Source: Actinomycetota bacterium (GTDB taxonomy: Bacteria; Actinomycetota; Actinomycetes; S36-B12). From it: a stretch of 64,000 bases of DNA. Under the pieces are notes generated by a model, which had not been told where the DNA came from, ran no database searches, and saw only the letters and a program-made list of their open reading frames with translations. The stretch lies in assembly GCA_046046455.1 (NCBI GenBank), contig JBJOJS010000090.1:10718-74717 (forward strand). Reading direction: 5' to 3'. Shown piece after piece: positions 30,916 to 40,520 of this stretch. Within the stretch, counting starts at the first letter, position 1. The number at the start of each line of letters is the position of its first letter. Made by a program: the position numbers and the translations under genes.

Positions 30916-31005
30916 GGGAGCATGCTAGGTCCCTGGCTCCCCTCGCCCGGCCACCGACCCACGCCCTGCCCCTTTCCGCCCCATCCGGCGTGTAGCGTCT
31001 GCCTC

Positions 31006-31695
31006 GTGCATGTGGTCATCCTCGGCTGCGGACGTGTCGGCTCGCTCCTCGCCGATCGCCTCGACGACGCGGGGCATTCGGTCGCCATCGTCGACCAGGA
31101 TCCCCAGGCATTCCGGCGCCTCAGTGGCCGCTTCTCCGGCACCACCGTCAAGGGCATCGGCTTCGATCGCGAGACCCTGGAGAAGGCCGGGATCGACCGA
31201 GCCCACGCCTTCGCCGCGGTGAGCAGCGGCGACAACACCAACATCCTCGCCGCCCGAGTGGCGCGGGAGACATACGGGGTCGAGCACGTCGTAGCCCGCA
31301 TCTACGATCCGCGCCGCGCAGAGGTGTACCAGCGTCTCGGCATTCCTACGGTCGCGACGGTGTCCTGGACTGCGGGCCAGATCATGCGCCGTCTGCTGCC
31401 CCAGGGCGGGCTCGAGGAGTACCGGGATGCCAGTGGCCAGGTGCTTCTCGCGGAGATGCCCGCGCATTCCAGCTGGTACGGCCACGCGATCACGGACCTG
31501 GAGCACGCGACCGGTGCGCGCGTCGGATTCATCAGCCGCCTCGGTGCCGGACTCGTGCCCGATGAGGATTCGGTGCTGCAGGACGGAGACCTCGTCCACG
31601 TGCTCGTCGCATCCGATGATGCTCCGCGCGTCGAAGCCATCCTCGCCGGCACACGCGAGGTGGGTCTCAAGGCTCGCAGCGAGGGCTCGTCATGA
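31006..31695 (+). CDS. trkA: TrkA-family potassium uptake protein (RCK domain)
   Basis: VHVVILGCGRVGSLLADRLDDAGHSVAIVDQD Rossmann/TrkA-N followed by TrkA-C. GTG 31006 (or 31012) chosen. Track ORF starts at 30481, antisense to the permease. Confidence 0.8.
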   Translation: MHVVILGCGRVGSLLADRLDDAGHSVAIVDQDPQAFRRLSGRFSGTTVKGIGFDRETLEKAGIDRAHAFAAVSSGDNTNILAARVARETYGVEHVVARIYDPRRAEVYQRLGIPTVATVSWTAGQIMRRLLPQGGLEEYRDASGQVLLAEMPAHSSWYGHAITDLEHATGARVGFISRLGAGLVPDEDSVLQDGDLVHVLVASDDAPRVEAILAGTREVGLKARSEGSS

Positions 31696-32381
31696 GAGTA
31701 GCCATCGCCGGGGCCGGCAAGGTCGGTCGATCCATCGCCCGCGAACTCGTGGGATTCGGCCATGAGGTCCTCCTCATCGATCGCGACGCGGATCTCGCCC
31801 GACCCGGCGCGGTCCAGGGAGCGCAGATGCTCCAGGCGGACGCCTGTGAGCTCGCCGCCCTCGAGGAGGCCGACCTGGCGCAGTGCCAGGTGATGGTGGC
31901 CGCGACAGGCGATGACAAGGTCAACCTTGTCGTGTCTCTGCTCGCCAAGACCGAGTTCGGAGTCCCGCGGGTAGTCGCGCGCGTCAACCATCCGAAGAAC
32001 GAGTGGATGTTCAACGAGTCCTGGGGGGTGGATGTCGCCGTCTCCACACCCCGCATGCTGTCCGCGCTCGTGGAGGAGGCGGTGAGCGTCGGCGATCTCG
32101 TGCGGCTGTTCACCTTCCGTCAGGGTCAGGCGGACCTGGTCGAGATCACGCTCTCCTCGGGATCCCCCGTCGCCGGGCACCGCGTCGGCTCGATGTCCTG
32201 GCCCCCCGATACGGCTCTGGCCGCGATCGTGCGCGGACCGCGCGTCATCGCCCCGAGCGCAGATGACTCACTCGAGATCGGGGATGAGCTCATCTTCGTG
32301 TGCGCGCCCGAGCAGGAGCCCGTGCTGCAGTCCATGCTGAGCGACCACGCTCACACTCATGACATGGGAGCGTCGTCCTAG
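31692..32381 (+). CDS. trkA: TrkA-family potassium uptake protein (second paralogue)
   Basis: MRVAIAGAGKVGRSIARELVGFGHEVLLIDRD. 4-nt overlap with the upstream paralogue. Confidence 0.85.
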   Translation: MRVAIAGAGKVGRSIARELVGFGHEVLLIDRDADLARPGAVQGAQMLQADACELAALEEADLAQCQVMVAATGDDKVNLVVSLLAKTEFGVPRVVARVNHPKNEWMFNESWGVDVAVSTPRMLSALVEEAVSVGDLVRLFTFRQGQADLVEITLSSGSPVAGHRVGSMSWPPDTALAAIVRGPRVIAPSADDSLEIGDELIFVCAPEQEPVLQSMLSDHAHTHDMGASS

Positions 32382-33100
32382 TCCGGCGGTGAGCCACCCT
32401 CGGCAGCCCGGCGCCGTTCGAAGACCGGGCGCAGCACGAGGTAGGTGAAGTACCCCGCCGCGATGAAGAGCGGCACGCCCATGATCACCTTGGCGAAGCC
32501 GAGGGCGCCTACCCATCCGGCGAGATACATCGGGCCCTGCACGGCGATGCGCAGTCCGAAGAGGCCCACCCAGATCCAGGACGCCGCGGAGTAGACGCGG
32601 CGCAGCTCCGGATCCGCGCGCCACGTCACGCCCTGTCCCGTGAGGAAGCCGACGATCACACCGATGAGTGGCCATCCGACGAGGATGGAGATGAGGAAGG
32701 CGAGGCCGTAGCCGATGTTCTGAAGGAGCCCCGGGATGAAGTACCCCTCGCCCGTCTGGGTGCGCGAAGCGACGAACGCGGAGATCCCTACTCCGATCAG
32801 GCCGGCCGCAATCTGCTGGAGGCTTTCGCGGCGGATGAGTCGCCAGAGCGCGATCGCCACTCCTGCACCCAGGGCGGCCCACACGGCAACCCCCAGGTCG
32901 CTTCCCGTGACGAGATAGACGATGACGAAGACCACCGTGGGAGCGCCACTGTCGATGATTCCTCGCCACCCACCGAGGGCGCGATCGAGCAGCACGCGCT
33001 CCTCGCGGACGTCCTCGCGTGATTGAGGCTCGATGAGCGGCTCGTGGCACTCCCCATCCTCGCGTGCGGCGTCGCTGTCACCGGGTGTCCGGTCCGTCAT
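32378..33100 (-). CDS. DUF3159 membrane protein
   Basis: 240-aa multi-TM protein in the conserved trkA/dut neighbourhood. Family name from recollection. Confidence 0.6.
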   Translation of the reverse strand: MTDRTPGDSDAAREDGECHEPLIEPQSREDVREERVLLDRALGGWRGIIDSGAPTVVFVIVYLVTGSDLGVAVWAALGAGVAIALWRLIRRESLQQIAAGLIGVGISAFVASRTQTGEGYFIPGLLQNIGYGLAFLISILVGWPLIGVIVGFLTGQGVTWRADPELRRVYSAASWIWVGLFGLRIAVQGPMYLAGWVGALGFAKVIMGVPLFIAAGYFTYLVLRPVFERRRAAEGGSPPD

Positions 33101-33483
33101 CGTGACGCCTCGGCAGGCTCCGGATAGAGCCGATACGTCGGGTTGAAGATCGTGGGCTGTCCCTGCGGGCAGGTGACACGTCCCTGGGCCGATATCGGCC
33201 GTCCCACATCGACGCCCGACAGCCGACGGTGTCCGATCCAGATGAGCGTGATGTGGCCGGTGCCGTCGTACACCTCGGCCTCGAGGGTAGGCGCATTCTC
33301 ACGCGGCCTCAGGGTCACCGAGCGGATCAGGCCGTGCACCGAGACGCTCTGCCCACGCGTGCAGGCGGAAATGGCCTGCGCCCCGTGCTCCTGTGCCTGG
33401 GACGTGAGTTCACCCGCCTCGACCTCCTCCTGGCTACGTGTCCAGGACGACCACCAGCGGGCCACTCGAGCCTCCTCGCCCAC
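33097..33483 (-). CDS. OB-fold nucleic-acid-binding domain protein
   Basis: 128 aa, 4-nt overlap with the DUF3159 gene. A typical partner in this actinobacterial block. Confidence 0.55.
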   Translation of the reverse strand: MGEEARVARWWSSWTRSQEEVEAGELTSQAQEHGAQAISACTRGQSVSVHGLIRSVTLRPRENAPTLEAEVYDGTGHITLIWIGHRRLSGVDVGRPISAQGRVTCPQGQPTIFNPTYRLYPEPAEASR

Positions 33484-33547
33484 GCCCGACCGGGGCAGCC
33501 GGGGGTATTCAGCAGAGTACCCGCCCGAGGTAGGCGAGACTGCTCAC

Positions 33548-34219
33548 GTGACCACCGTCATCGTCCACGGGGCCGGCTCCACCGGTGCTGCGGCCGCTCG
33601 ACTCGTGGGTGCCCGTGCGGATGCCGTGCTGGTCGAGGATCGTTCCGGCGACATCGAGCGCGTCATCGACCTCCTCCGCACGACGCTGGAGGAACGCGAC
33701 GACTGCACGGAGGTCGTCGGCGTCAGCCTGGGAGCCCACGCACTCGCTCGGTGGGCCAGCACGGCGACACCACCCCTGCCCCGGCTCATCTGCGTGCTCC
33801 CTGCGTGGACAGGCGACCCAGGTCACACCGCCGACGCCACGGCCGCGAGCGCCCGCTCCGTGGGGGATGTGGGCATCACCGCCCTGCTGGAACGCCTGTT
33901 CGCGGAAAATCAGTACTCCGACGTCGTCGGCCTCCTCGACTCCGCCTGGGCCGCCTACACGGACGCAGAGCTCACCCGGTGCCTGGAGCGCGCCAGCACG
34001 TCACGTGCGCCGACGGCCGAGGAACTCGGCGCTATTCGTAGTCACGTGACCGTCGTCGGGTGGTCAGGGGACGTCTTCCATCCCGACCGCGTCACGCGCG
34101 AGTGGGCGCGCAACCTGCGCCGATCGAACGTCGCCGTCGCCGCACGACCCGAGATCCGCCTAGTGCAGCAGGCGCTCGCCACCTGCGGAGCGCTCAGGCC
34201 TGCTCCTCCGACTCGTTAG
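33548..34219 (+). CDS. Alpha/beta hydrolase-fold protein
   Basis: GTG 33548 gives VTTVIVHGAGSTG. Nucleophile elbow GVSLGAH. Its 3' end overlaps the convergent DUF3710 gene by 26 nt. Confidence 0.55.
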   Translation: MTTVIVHGAGSTGAAAARLVGARADAVLVEDRSGDIERVIDLLRTTLEERDDCTEVVGVSLGAHALARWASTATPPLPRLICVLPAWTGDPGHTADATAASARSVGDVGITALLERLFAENQYSDVVGLLDSAWAAYTDAELTRCLERASTSRAPTAEELGAIRSHVTVVGWSGDVFHPDRVTREWARNLRRSNVAVAARPEIRLVQQALATCGALRPAPPTR

Positions 34220-34763
34220 CGGCAGCACCCGCCTGCTCCGGAAGGCGCATGGGAAGCGCATCGCCCGGGGGCATGGCATCGGCTCCACGCACGACCACGA
34301 TCTCGCGGAAGACCTGCTCCAACTCCTGCGATCCCCCGGGCTCGGCTGCTGTGCCGAGGAAGAGGCCGCGGAGGAACAATCGCGGCCCATCGACGCCGAC
34401 GAAGCGCACCGGCTGCAAAGTCCCCTGTCCGGGCACCTTCCCCCGGAGTTCGATGCCGTGCTCACCGGCCTGCTCCTCGATGAGTCCGCCCTGCCCTGTG
34501 ATCGACGCCTTGAGCTTGCCGCGGACCTCGTCCCAGAGGCCTCCGCTCCTCGGTGCGGCGAAAGCCTGCAACTGCAGGCCTCCCTGGCCGTGGTTGAGCG
34601 TGATGACACCCACGGCACCGGAGGCTTCGTTCACCTGGGCCTGGACCTGAAGGCCGTCGACTCCGCGCAGCCACACGGCGCCGAAGTCGAGCCGGCCATC
34701 GGGACCGTCGACCTCGGTCACGTCCCACGGTCCATGCTCACGACGCGTCGTGTCGTCACTCAC
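34194..34763 (-). CDS. DUF3710 domain protein
   Basis: HGPWDVTEVDGPDGRLDFGAVWL...LQLQAFAAPRSGGLWDEVR pattern, in the usual position downstream of dut. Confidence 0.65.
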   Translation of the reverse strand: MSDDTTRREHGPWDVTEVDGPDGRLDFGAVWLRGVDGLQVQAQVNEASGAVGVITLNHGQGGLQLQAFAAPRSGGLWDEVRGKLKASITGQGGLIEEQAGEHGIELRGKVPGQGTLQPVRFVGVDGPRLFLRGLFLGTAAEPGGSQELEQVFREIVVVRGADAMPPGDALPMRLPEQAGAAANESEEQA

Positions 34764-35230
34764 GGTGCCTCCTCCATGCGGACTCCCACCGTACCCGTCG
34801 ATCCATAGCCACCCTCGCCGCGGTGCGACCCCGGTAGGCGCTCGGCCTCATGCAGGATCGCTCTCACCACGGGCTGGATGACGATCTGCGCGATCCGATC
34901 CCCTCGACGCAGTTCCACGGCTTCGCGATGATCCGTGTTGAGCAGGCACACCCGCACCTCGCCCCGGTAACCCGCATCGATCGTCCCGGGCGTGTTGACG
35001 ATCGTGAGCCCCTGACGCGCCGCGAGGCCGCTGCGGGGGTGGACGAAAGCCGCGTATCCATCGGGGAGGGCGAGTGCGATGCCGGTGGGCACGACCATTC
35101 TCTCCCCCGGCTCCAGCGTGACGTCGATGCTCGTGCACACATCGAAGCCCGCGTCTCCGGGAAGGGCATAGGACGGCAGCGGCAGCCCGTCATCGAGGCG
35201 AACGACGAGTACGTCGACCGTGCCGCTCAC
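34760..35230 (-). CDS. dut: dUTP diphosphatase
   Basis: dUTPase motifs AGFDV, GTIDAGYRGE and RGEGGYGSTG. GTG 35230 overlaps the upstream stop as GTGA. Track start is 35251. Confidence 0.93.
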   Translation of the reverse strand: MSGTVDVLVVRLDDGLPLPSYALPGDAGFDVCTSIDVTLEPGERMVVPTGIALALPDGYAAFVHPRSGLAARQGLTIVNTPGTIDAGYRGEVRVCLLNTDHREAVELRRGDRIAQIVIQPVVRAILHEAERLPGSHRGEGGYGSTGTVGVRMEEAP

Positions 35231-35820
35231 GGATTCACCTCTCGACGCCACTGGTCGGCGCCGCCGGGCCGCTCCCGGATCGCCGCTTGGATGTGGTCGG
35301 CACTTCCGTGCTGCACGAAGTGCTCGAGCGGCACCTGGAGGAAGAGCGCCGCCCCTTCGACGGCTATGGGACCGTCCGGGGCACCGAGCCGCGCCTGCGC
35401 CGCGGTGTAGAGCTTGCGCCCCACCTGTCCGACGATTTCGCCGCGGATGTGCAAGGTCGTGCCCACGGGCACGGGGCGTAGATAGTCCACCTCGAGGTGC
35501 ACCGTCACCACCGGCACCATCAGGAGCCGCGTGAGCGCCCCCATGGCCTCATCCATCGCTGTGGCGATGATCCCGCCGTGCGCCAGACCCGGAGCCCCCT
35601 GGTGGAAATCCCCCACCTCGAGGGTGCTCATCATCGTCATGCCCTCGCCCGCCACCACCGTGAGGTGAAGGCCCGCGGGGTGATCCATTCCGCATCCGAC
35701 ACACCAGCGATAGTGGCTGGTCACCACGTCGCCCGGGACTGGCGCCAGTTGATGCCGCTCGGGGATGGGCGCTCCCTCCGGCGGATGCGGACTACGCCGT
35801 TGACCTCGAGCATTCGTCAC
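35227..35820 (-). CDS. PaaI-family hotdog thioesterase
   Basis: CVGCGMDHPAGL and HGGIIATAMDEAMG are characteristic of PaaI/DUF4442-type thioesterases. Confidence 0.65.
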   Translation of the reverse strand: MTNARGQRRSPHPPEGAPIPERHQLAPVPGDVVTSHYRWCVGCGMDHPAGLHLTVVAGEGMTMMSTLEVGDFHQGAPGLAHGGIIATAMDEAMGALTRLLMVPVVTVHLEVDYLRPVPVGTTLHIRGEIVGQVGRKLYTAAQARLGAPDGPIAVEGAALFLQVPLEHFVQHGSADHIQAAIRERPGGADQWRREVNP

Positions 35821-35870
35821 CCTCGGACCCTATTCCGGTGGTCTCTCATGCGGCCTGACACCCTGGGGAC

Positions 35871-36389
35871 ATGAGCGGCACCACCGGTGACACCTGGTCC
35901 GAGGGTGCTGACGGTGAGCGGCTCATCTACCGCGAGCGCCTCTACCCGCCCCTGCCGGTCTTCCTCCTGGCGGCCGGGCTGGCCACGATCATGGGGGTCG
36001 CCTACGGGGCTGCTTACGGGGCGGCCTGGGGCTGGGCCATGGGGATCACCCTCGGCCTGGTCGGCGTCGCGGCACTGATCGCCACGAGCACCCGGGTGCA
36101 TGTGGATGATCGCGTCCTCCGGGCGGGTCGGGCCCGCCTCCCGCTGACGGTGATCGCCGGAGCCACTCCCCTCGATGCAGATGCGATGCGGCGGAACCGC
36201 CGACATGGCGACCCTCGCGACTACATCGTCCTGCGCGCATGGTCCGCGCGCACGGGCGTAGCCGTCGACGTCTGCGATCCTCGCGACCCCCACCCGCGGT
36301 GGATCATCACGAGCAGGCACCCGCAGCGACTCGCCGAGGCGATCCGGCGGTCCGCGACTCAGCCACAGCCCAACCGGACCGACGGGTAG
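35871..36389 (+). CDS. DUF3093 membrane protein
   Basis: ERLYPPLPVFLLAAGLATIMGVAYGAAYG with two TM helices and a C-terminal soluble part. Family from recollection. Confidence 0.6.
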   Translation: MSGTTGDTWSEGADGERLIYRERLYPPLPVFLLAAGLATIMGVAYGAAYGAAWGWAMGITLGLVGVAALIATSTRVHVDDRVLRAGRARLPLTVIAGATPLDADAMRRNRRHGDPRDYIVLRAWSARTGVAVDVCDPRDPHPRWIITSRHPQRLAEAIRRSATQPQPNRTDG

Positions 36390-36392
36390 CCT

Positions 36393-36674
36393 GTGGCCAT
36401 GTCGCAGACGCCTGAGACTCGCATGAAGTCCGCCCGTCCGGTCCTCAAGATCGCCGCACCTTTCGTCGTGCTTGCCGCCACATGGGCAGCGGATCGCGCG
36501 CTCACCGCGGGTTACTCAGCCGTCACGGGCAAGAAGCCGCCGAACCCCGACGACCGTGGTGTGAGCTTCTCGCGTGCGCTCGCCTGGACTCTCGCCACCG
36601 CCACCACAGCCGCCGTGATCCAGCTCGTCATCTACCGGGCAGCCGCGAAGGCCTCGCCGGAGGACGTCAACTAG
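36393..36674 (+). CDS. DUF4235 protein
   Basis: 93 aa. The LKIAAPFVVLAATWAADRALTAGY...AVIQLVIYRAAAK pattern fits the family. Confidence 0.55.
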   Translation: MAMSQTPETRMKSARPVLKIAAPFVVLAATWAADRALTAGYSAVTGKKPPNPDDRGVSFSRALAWTLATATTAAVIQLVIYRAAAKASPEDVN

Positions 36675-36687
36675 CTGCCGACTGCGC

Positions 36688-36984
36688 TCAGGCGCAATCG
36701 GTACACACGGGGCCGTTCTTGCCCTCGTGATCGAGCTGGCTCCGGTGATGCACCAGGAAGCACGTGCTGCAGGTGAACTCGTCCGCCTGCCTCGGCAGGA
36801 CACGCACGGTGAGGCTCTCATCGGACAGGTCCGCCCCGGGCAGCTCCAGGGTTTCGGCCAACTCCGCCTCGTCGACATCCACTGTGGACGCGGCCTTGTC
36901 GACACGGCGAGCCTTGAGCTCCTCGAGGCTGTCCTCGGCGAGCTCCTCGTCGGTCTTGCGCGGTGCGTCGTAGTCCGTAGCCAT
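36688..36984 (-). CDS. DUF4193 protein
   Basis: MATDYDAPRKTDEE at the N-terminus and a C-terminal zinc-ribbon-like FTCSTCFLVHH...GPVCTDCA. Start is at Met-8 of the track ORF. Confidence 0.7.
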   Translation of the reverse strand: MATDYDAPRKTDEELAEDSLEELKARRVDKAASTVDVDEAELAETLELPGADLSDESLTVRVLPRQADEFTCSTCFLVHHRSQLDHEGKNGPVCTDCA

Positions 36985-37174
36985 TGCGGCGCGTGCCCCC
37001 AGCAACTCGTTGGTCAGTGGATGACGATCCTGGCATTCTGCCAGGAACCCCAGGATTGTGCCCTAGGTGTCCGGAGCCGTTCAGCAGCGCCCCTGTCCTG
37101 AGCCGGTCACATCACGCACGGCACAATGGCGGTGTCCCGCTCACCGGCTCTCGCGCGTGCCTCGGGAGGCCCCC

Positions 37175-37693
37175 ATGCCGATCTATGCCCTGGGCGATCT
37201 CGCGCCCGACATCTCGCCGCAGGCCTTCGTCCATCCGGACGCCGTGATCATCGGCCAGGTGACGATCGGAGCCGAATCCACGATCTGGCCGAGCGCGGTG
37301 GTCCGCGGCGACCACGGCCGGATCCTCATCGGCGCCCAGACCTCGATCCAAGATGGTGCGGTCATCCATTGCACGGCCGACCTCGACACGACGATCGGGG
37401 ATCGATGCACCGTTGGTCACCTTGCCCACCTCGAGGGGTGCGTCGTCGAGGACGGAGCGCTTGTCGGGTCGGGTGCCACCGTGTTGCACCGCGCACGCGT
37501 GGGGGCCGGCGCCCTGGTCGCCGCCCAGGCTCTGCTCGCTCCGGGCACCGAGGTGCCCGCGGGGGCGCTCGCACGCGGTGTCCCCGCGCGGATCGTCGAG
37601 GGCGGTGCGGATCCGGAACTACTGGAGCATGCCGTGCGCACCTACGTGCGCAATGCCCACTGGTACGCCGCGGACCTCCGCCGCATCGACTAA
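37175..37693 (+). CDS. Gamma-class carbonic anhydrase-like hexapeptide-repeat protein
   Basis: MPIYALGDLAPDISPQAFVHPDAVIIG followed by a left-handed beta-helix repeat pattern. ATG 37175 lies 5 nt after GGGAGG. Confidence 0.75.
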   Translation: MPIYALGDLAPDISPQAFVHPDAVIIGQVTIGAESTIWPSAVVRGDHGRILIGAQTSIQDGAVIHCTADLDTTIGDRCTVGHLAHLEGCVVEDGALVGSGATVLHRARVGAGALVAAQALLAPGTEVPAGALARGVPARIVEGGADPELLEHAVRTYVRNAHWYAADLRRID

Positions 37694-38499
37694 CCCGGCA
37701 AGAGACTCCTCAGGTCTTCGGCGATCCCGGGGGCACTGGCCAGCACGTAGGGAGCCCGCACCGGATCGTCGTCACCCACCACGACAGCGCCGGCCTCACG
37801 CGCGATGAGTGCACCCGCAGCCACATCCCAGGGGTTGAGCCGCGACTCGACATATGCGTCGGTGAGCCCGGAAGCGACCCAGCACAGATCTATGGCGGCC
37901 GAGCCCAAGCGCCGGACATCGCGCACCCGGGGAGCGACCGCGACGAGTGCCTCAGCCTGACGTCGACGCTGCTCACTGTCGTAGCCGAATCCCGTGGACA
38001 GCAATGCGTGACCGAGATCGGTGATGGGTGACGCCGACAGCACACGCGTGCCGTGCCGCGACTCCTCCACGGCGCCGCCACCGAGCCGTGCCACGTAGGT
38101 GAGACCGAGCTCCGGCGCGCACACCGCACCCGCCACGACCTGGCCGGCCACCTCGACTCCCACGCTGACCGACCAGAGCGGGATTCCGTACAGGTAGTTG
38201 GTCGTGCCATCGAGGGGGTCGACGATCCACCGCACCCCACTCGTGCCGCCGCGCTCCCCACCTTCTTCACCGAGGATTCCATCGTCGGGACGCTCGCCGA
38301 GGATGAGTGCCGTCAGGTGGTCTTCAGCGGCCCGGTCCATCTGTGTGACCACATCCGTGGGGCTGGACTTCGCGCTCACCGTCAACTCCGCAGGACGCTC
38401 ATCGCGCAGCAGGGCGCCTGCGCTCTGCGCCACCTGACGCGCCAGGCCCGCGAGCTCGTGGGCGAGGTCGACGGCGTCGTGATCGGTCGCGGGACTCAT
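37690..38499 (-). CDS. Inositol monophosphatase family protein
   Basis: WIVDPLDGTTNY and DAAG metal-binding motifs. Confidence 0.85.
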   Translation of the reverse strand: MSPATDHDAVDLAHELAGLARQVAQSAGALLRDERPAELTVSAKSSPTDVVTQMDRAAEDHLTALILGERPDDGILGEEGGERGGTSGVRWIVDPLDGTTNYLYGIPLWSVSVGVEVAGQVVAGAVCAPELGLTYVARLGGGAVEESRHGTRVLSASPITDLGHALLSTGFGYDSEQRRRQAEALVAVAPRVRDVRRLGSAAIDLCWVASGLTDAYVESRLNPWDVAAGALIAREAGAVVVGDDDPVRAPYVLASAPGIAEDLRSLLPG

Positions 38500-38527
38500 T
38501 CCGTCAGACTGCCACTAGCCTCGACAC

Positions 38528-39760
38528 GTGCGCGTCGCCGGCCCCTACCTCGAGATCCTGCGCCGACCCGGAGCAGCGAGATTCACATCGGCGGCGTTCG
38601 TCGCTCGATTGCCCATCTCGATGGTGGGGCTGGGCATCGTCCTCATGGTGAGCGAGTTGCGGGGCTCCTACGCCCTCGCCGGCATCGTGGCCGCGGCGTA
38701 CACGATCAGCAGTGCTCTCCTCAACCCCCTCGGGTCGCGGGCCGTCGACCGATGGGGCCAGATGCGCGTGGTGCGCATTCTCGTCGCGGTACACGCTCTG
38801 TCGCTTCTCCTGCTCGCCTGGGCTGCCGTGGGCGGCGCACCCGCCCTCATGCTCGTGGCTCTCGCGATCGCGTCGGGTGCCACCCAGCCGGCCACGGGTG
38901 CACTCGTACGCGCGCGGTGGGCTCACGTGCTGGGCGGCGACCTGCGCCTACGCACCGCCTTCGCCTTCGAGGGCGTGCTCGACGAACTCATCTTCATCGT
39001 AGGACCCCCACTCGCCACCTTCCTCGCCGTGGCCCTCTCCGCCCCGGCGCCCGTCGTCGTGTCGGCCGCGCTCGTCACCGTGGGCGCCACGCTGCTCCTC
39101 GTCCAGCGCGGGACGGAGCCTCCGGCGACAGGCATTCGGCGCACCCGCGGCGGTCACCCCGTGCGCCGCATGGGTGTGACCTCGGTCCTCCTCGTCCTCC
39201 TCGCGATCGGCGGAGTCTTCGGATCCGTGGATGTCGCGACCGTGGCACTCGCGGATGAGGCCGGACAGCGCGCCGCAGCAGGCCTCATCCTGGCCTCCTA
39301 CGCCGCCGGCTCCATGGCTTCCGCGCTCGTCCTCGGGACACGCTCGGGGGGTGCGAGCGACGAGCGACTGCCCCGCAGGCTGCTCGTCGCCTCCCTCGCC
39401 CTCCTCGTCGTAACCCTGCCCCTCCTGCTGCGTCCGGGGCTCATCGCGCTCGGCTTCCTGGTCCTGCTGGCTGGCCTCGCGGTGTCCCCCGTCCTCATCA
39501 CGGGCTTTTCCCTGGTCGAAGCCCTTGTGCTCCCCACGCAGATCACCGAGGGCCTCTCTTGGGCGATTTCTGCCATCGGTCTCGGCGTCGCAGCATCCGC
39601 CGCGGGGACCGGTTGGCTGGTGGATCGCTTCGGCCCACAGGCCGGCTTCCTCGTCACCCTGGGGTCCGCGGTGCTCGTGGCGGTCGTCGCCCTCAGCGGA
39701 TATAGACGGGTGCGTCGCGGGGTCCACGCCCGCCACGCCTCCTCGTCGGATAACGTCTGA
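38528..39760 (+). CDS. MFS transporter
   Basis: 410 aa with about 12 TM helices and a typical MFS loop 2-3 region (LNPLGSRAVDRWGQ). Confidence 0.75.
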   Translation: MRVAGPYLEILRRPGAARFTSAAFVARLPISMVGLGIVLMVSELRGSYALAGIVAAAYTISSALLNPLGSRAVDRWGQMRVVRILVAVHALSLLLLAWAAVGGAPALMLVALAIASGATQPATGALVRARWAHVLGGDLRLRTAFAFEGVLDELIFIVGPPLATFLAVALSAPAPVVVSAALVTVGATLLLVQRGTEPPATGIRRTRGGHPVRRMGVTSVLLVLLAIGGVFGSVDVATVALADEAGQRAAAGLILASYAAGSMASALVLGTRSGGASDERLPRRLLVASLALLVVTLPLLLRPGLIALGFLVLLAGLAVSPVLITGFSLVEALVLPTQITEGLSWAISAIGLGVAASAAGTGWLVDRFGPQAGFLVTLGSAVLVAVVALSGYRRVRRGVHARHASSSDNV

Positions 39761-39800
39761 CACCGACGCACGACGTGCGCCCCGCCGCGAGGAGGCTGCC

Positions 39801-40517
39801 CTGAACACGCTGAGCCCCCGGGAGATCCAGTCCCGGATCCGCTCCGGCGCGACAGTCGCCGAGCTGGTCGAGGAGTCCGGCATGGACGTCGCGGCCATCG
39901 AGCGGTTCAGTGGCCCACCGCTCGCGGAGCGCGCGTGGGTGAGCGAGCAGGCCCGTGCATGCGTCGTGCGTCCCGGTAACGAGGATCTGGAGACCCTCGT
40001 CCGACGAGATGTGCGCGGCAAGGGCGACGGCACGCTCGTATGGGACTCCTGGCGACGCCCGGACGGTCGATGGACCGTGGTCGCGGCGATCGGGGACGAC
40101 GCACCCGTATCGACGTGGCTCTACGACCCGCGTTCGCGCTCGGTCCAGCCTGACGATGCTGCATCGCACCGACTGGCATCCGAGGACATCGTGGTGCCGC
40201 TCCGTCCGACCACGTCCACCGTGTCGCTCCCGCGCGAGGATGCGCGAGACGCGTCTGTTGATGCCGGTGCGTCCGCTGCTGACGACACTTCCGTTGGCGA
40301 CGACACGTCCGGTGACGACGGCACGGCAGTGCCCGTCGCACGCGACGCGTCGCCGCGCGACGCGGCCGCAACGGCACTGGAGCAGCCGTCCACCCCGACT
40401 CCCGAGCCGGCCCCCGCGGCGCCGGAGACCTCTCGCGGCAAGGCTCGCAAGGGACGCCGGGCCAGCGTGCCTCGGTGGGACGAGATCCTCTTCGGGGCAG
40501 GCCAGTCCGACACCTAG
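39801..40517 (+). CDS. sepH: Septation protein SepH homologue (DUF3071), N-terminally short; start codon uncertain
   Basis: LSPREIQSRIRSGATVAELVEESGMDVAAIERFSGPPLAERAWV and C-terminal RRASVPRWDEILFG match SepH. The only SD-supported start after the MFS stop is in-frame CTG 39801, 5 nt after GAGGAGG. The track ATG 39525 lies 236 nt inside the MFS gene. Confidence 0.6.
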   Translation: MNTLSPREIQSRIRSGATVAELVEESGMDVAAIERFSGPPLAERAWVSEQARACVVRPGNEDLETLVRRDVRGKGDGTLVWDSWRRPDGRWTVVAAIGDDAPVSTWLYDPRSRSVQPDDAASHRLASEDIVVPLRPTTSTVSLPREDARDASVDAGASAADDTSVGDDTSGDDGTAVPVARDASPRDAAATALEQPSTPTPEPAPAAPETSRGKARKGRRASVPRWDEILFGAGQSDT

Positions 40518-40520
40518 GGA

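Noticed and set aside
30481-31005. N-terminal extension of the first trkA ORF (track start 30481)
   Set aside because: It runs antisense to the APC permease. The Rossmann motif directly follows GTG 31006, as in other TrkA-N proteins.
37029-37045. Inverted repeat CCTGGCA-TTC-TGCCAGG in the spacer upstream of the DUF4193 gene
   Set aside because: A 7-bp stem in a 190-nt high-GC spacer could arise by chance. I have no regulator or conservation evidence to attach to it.
39525-39800. Track start ATG 39525 for the SepH ORF
   Set aside because: It lies 236 nt inside the MFS transporter gene, and the encoded Arg/Pro/Ser-rich segment does not resemble SepH N-termini. It is kept only as an alternative in the SepH finding.
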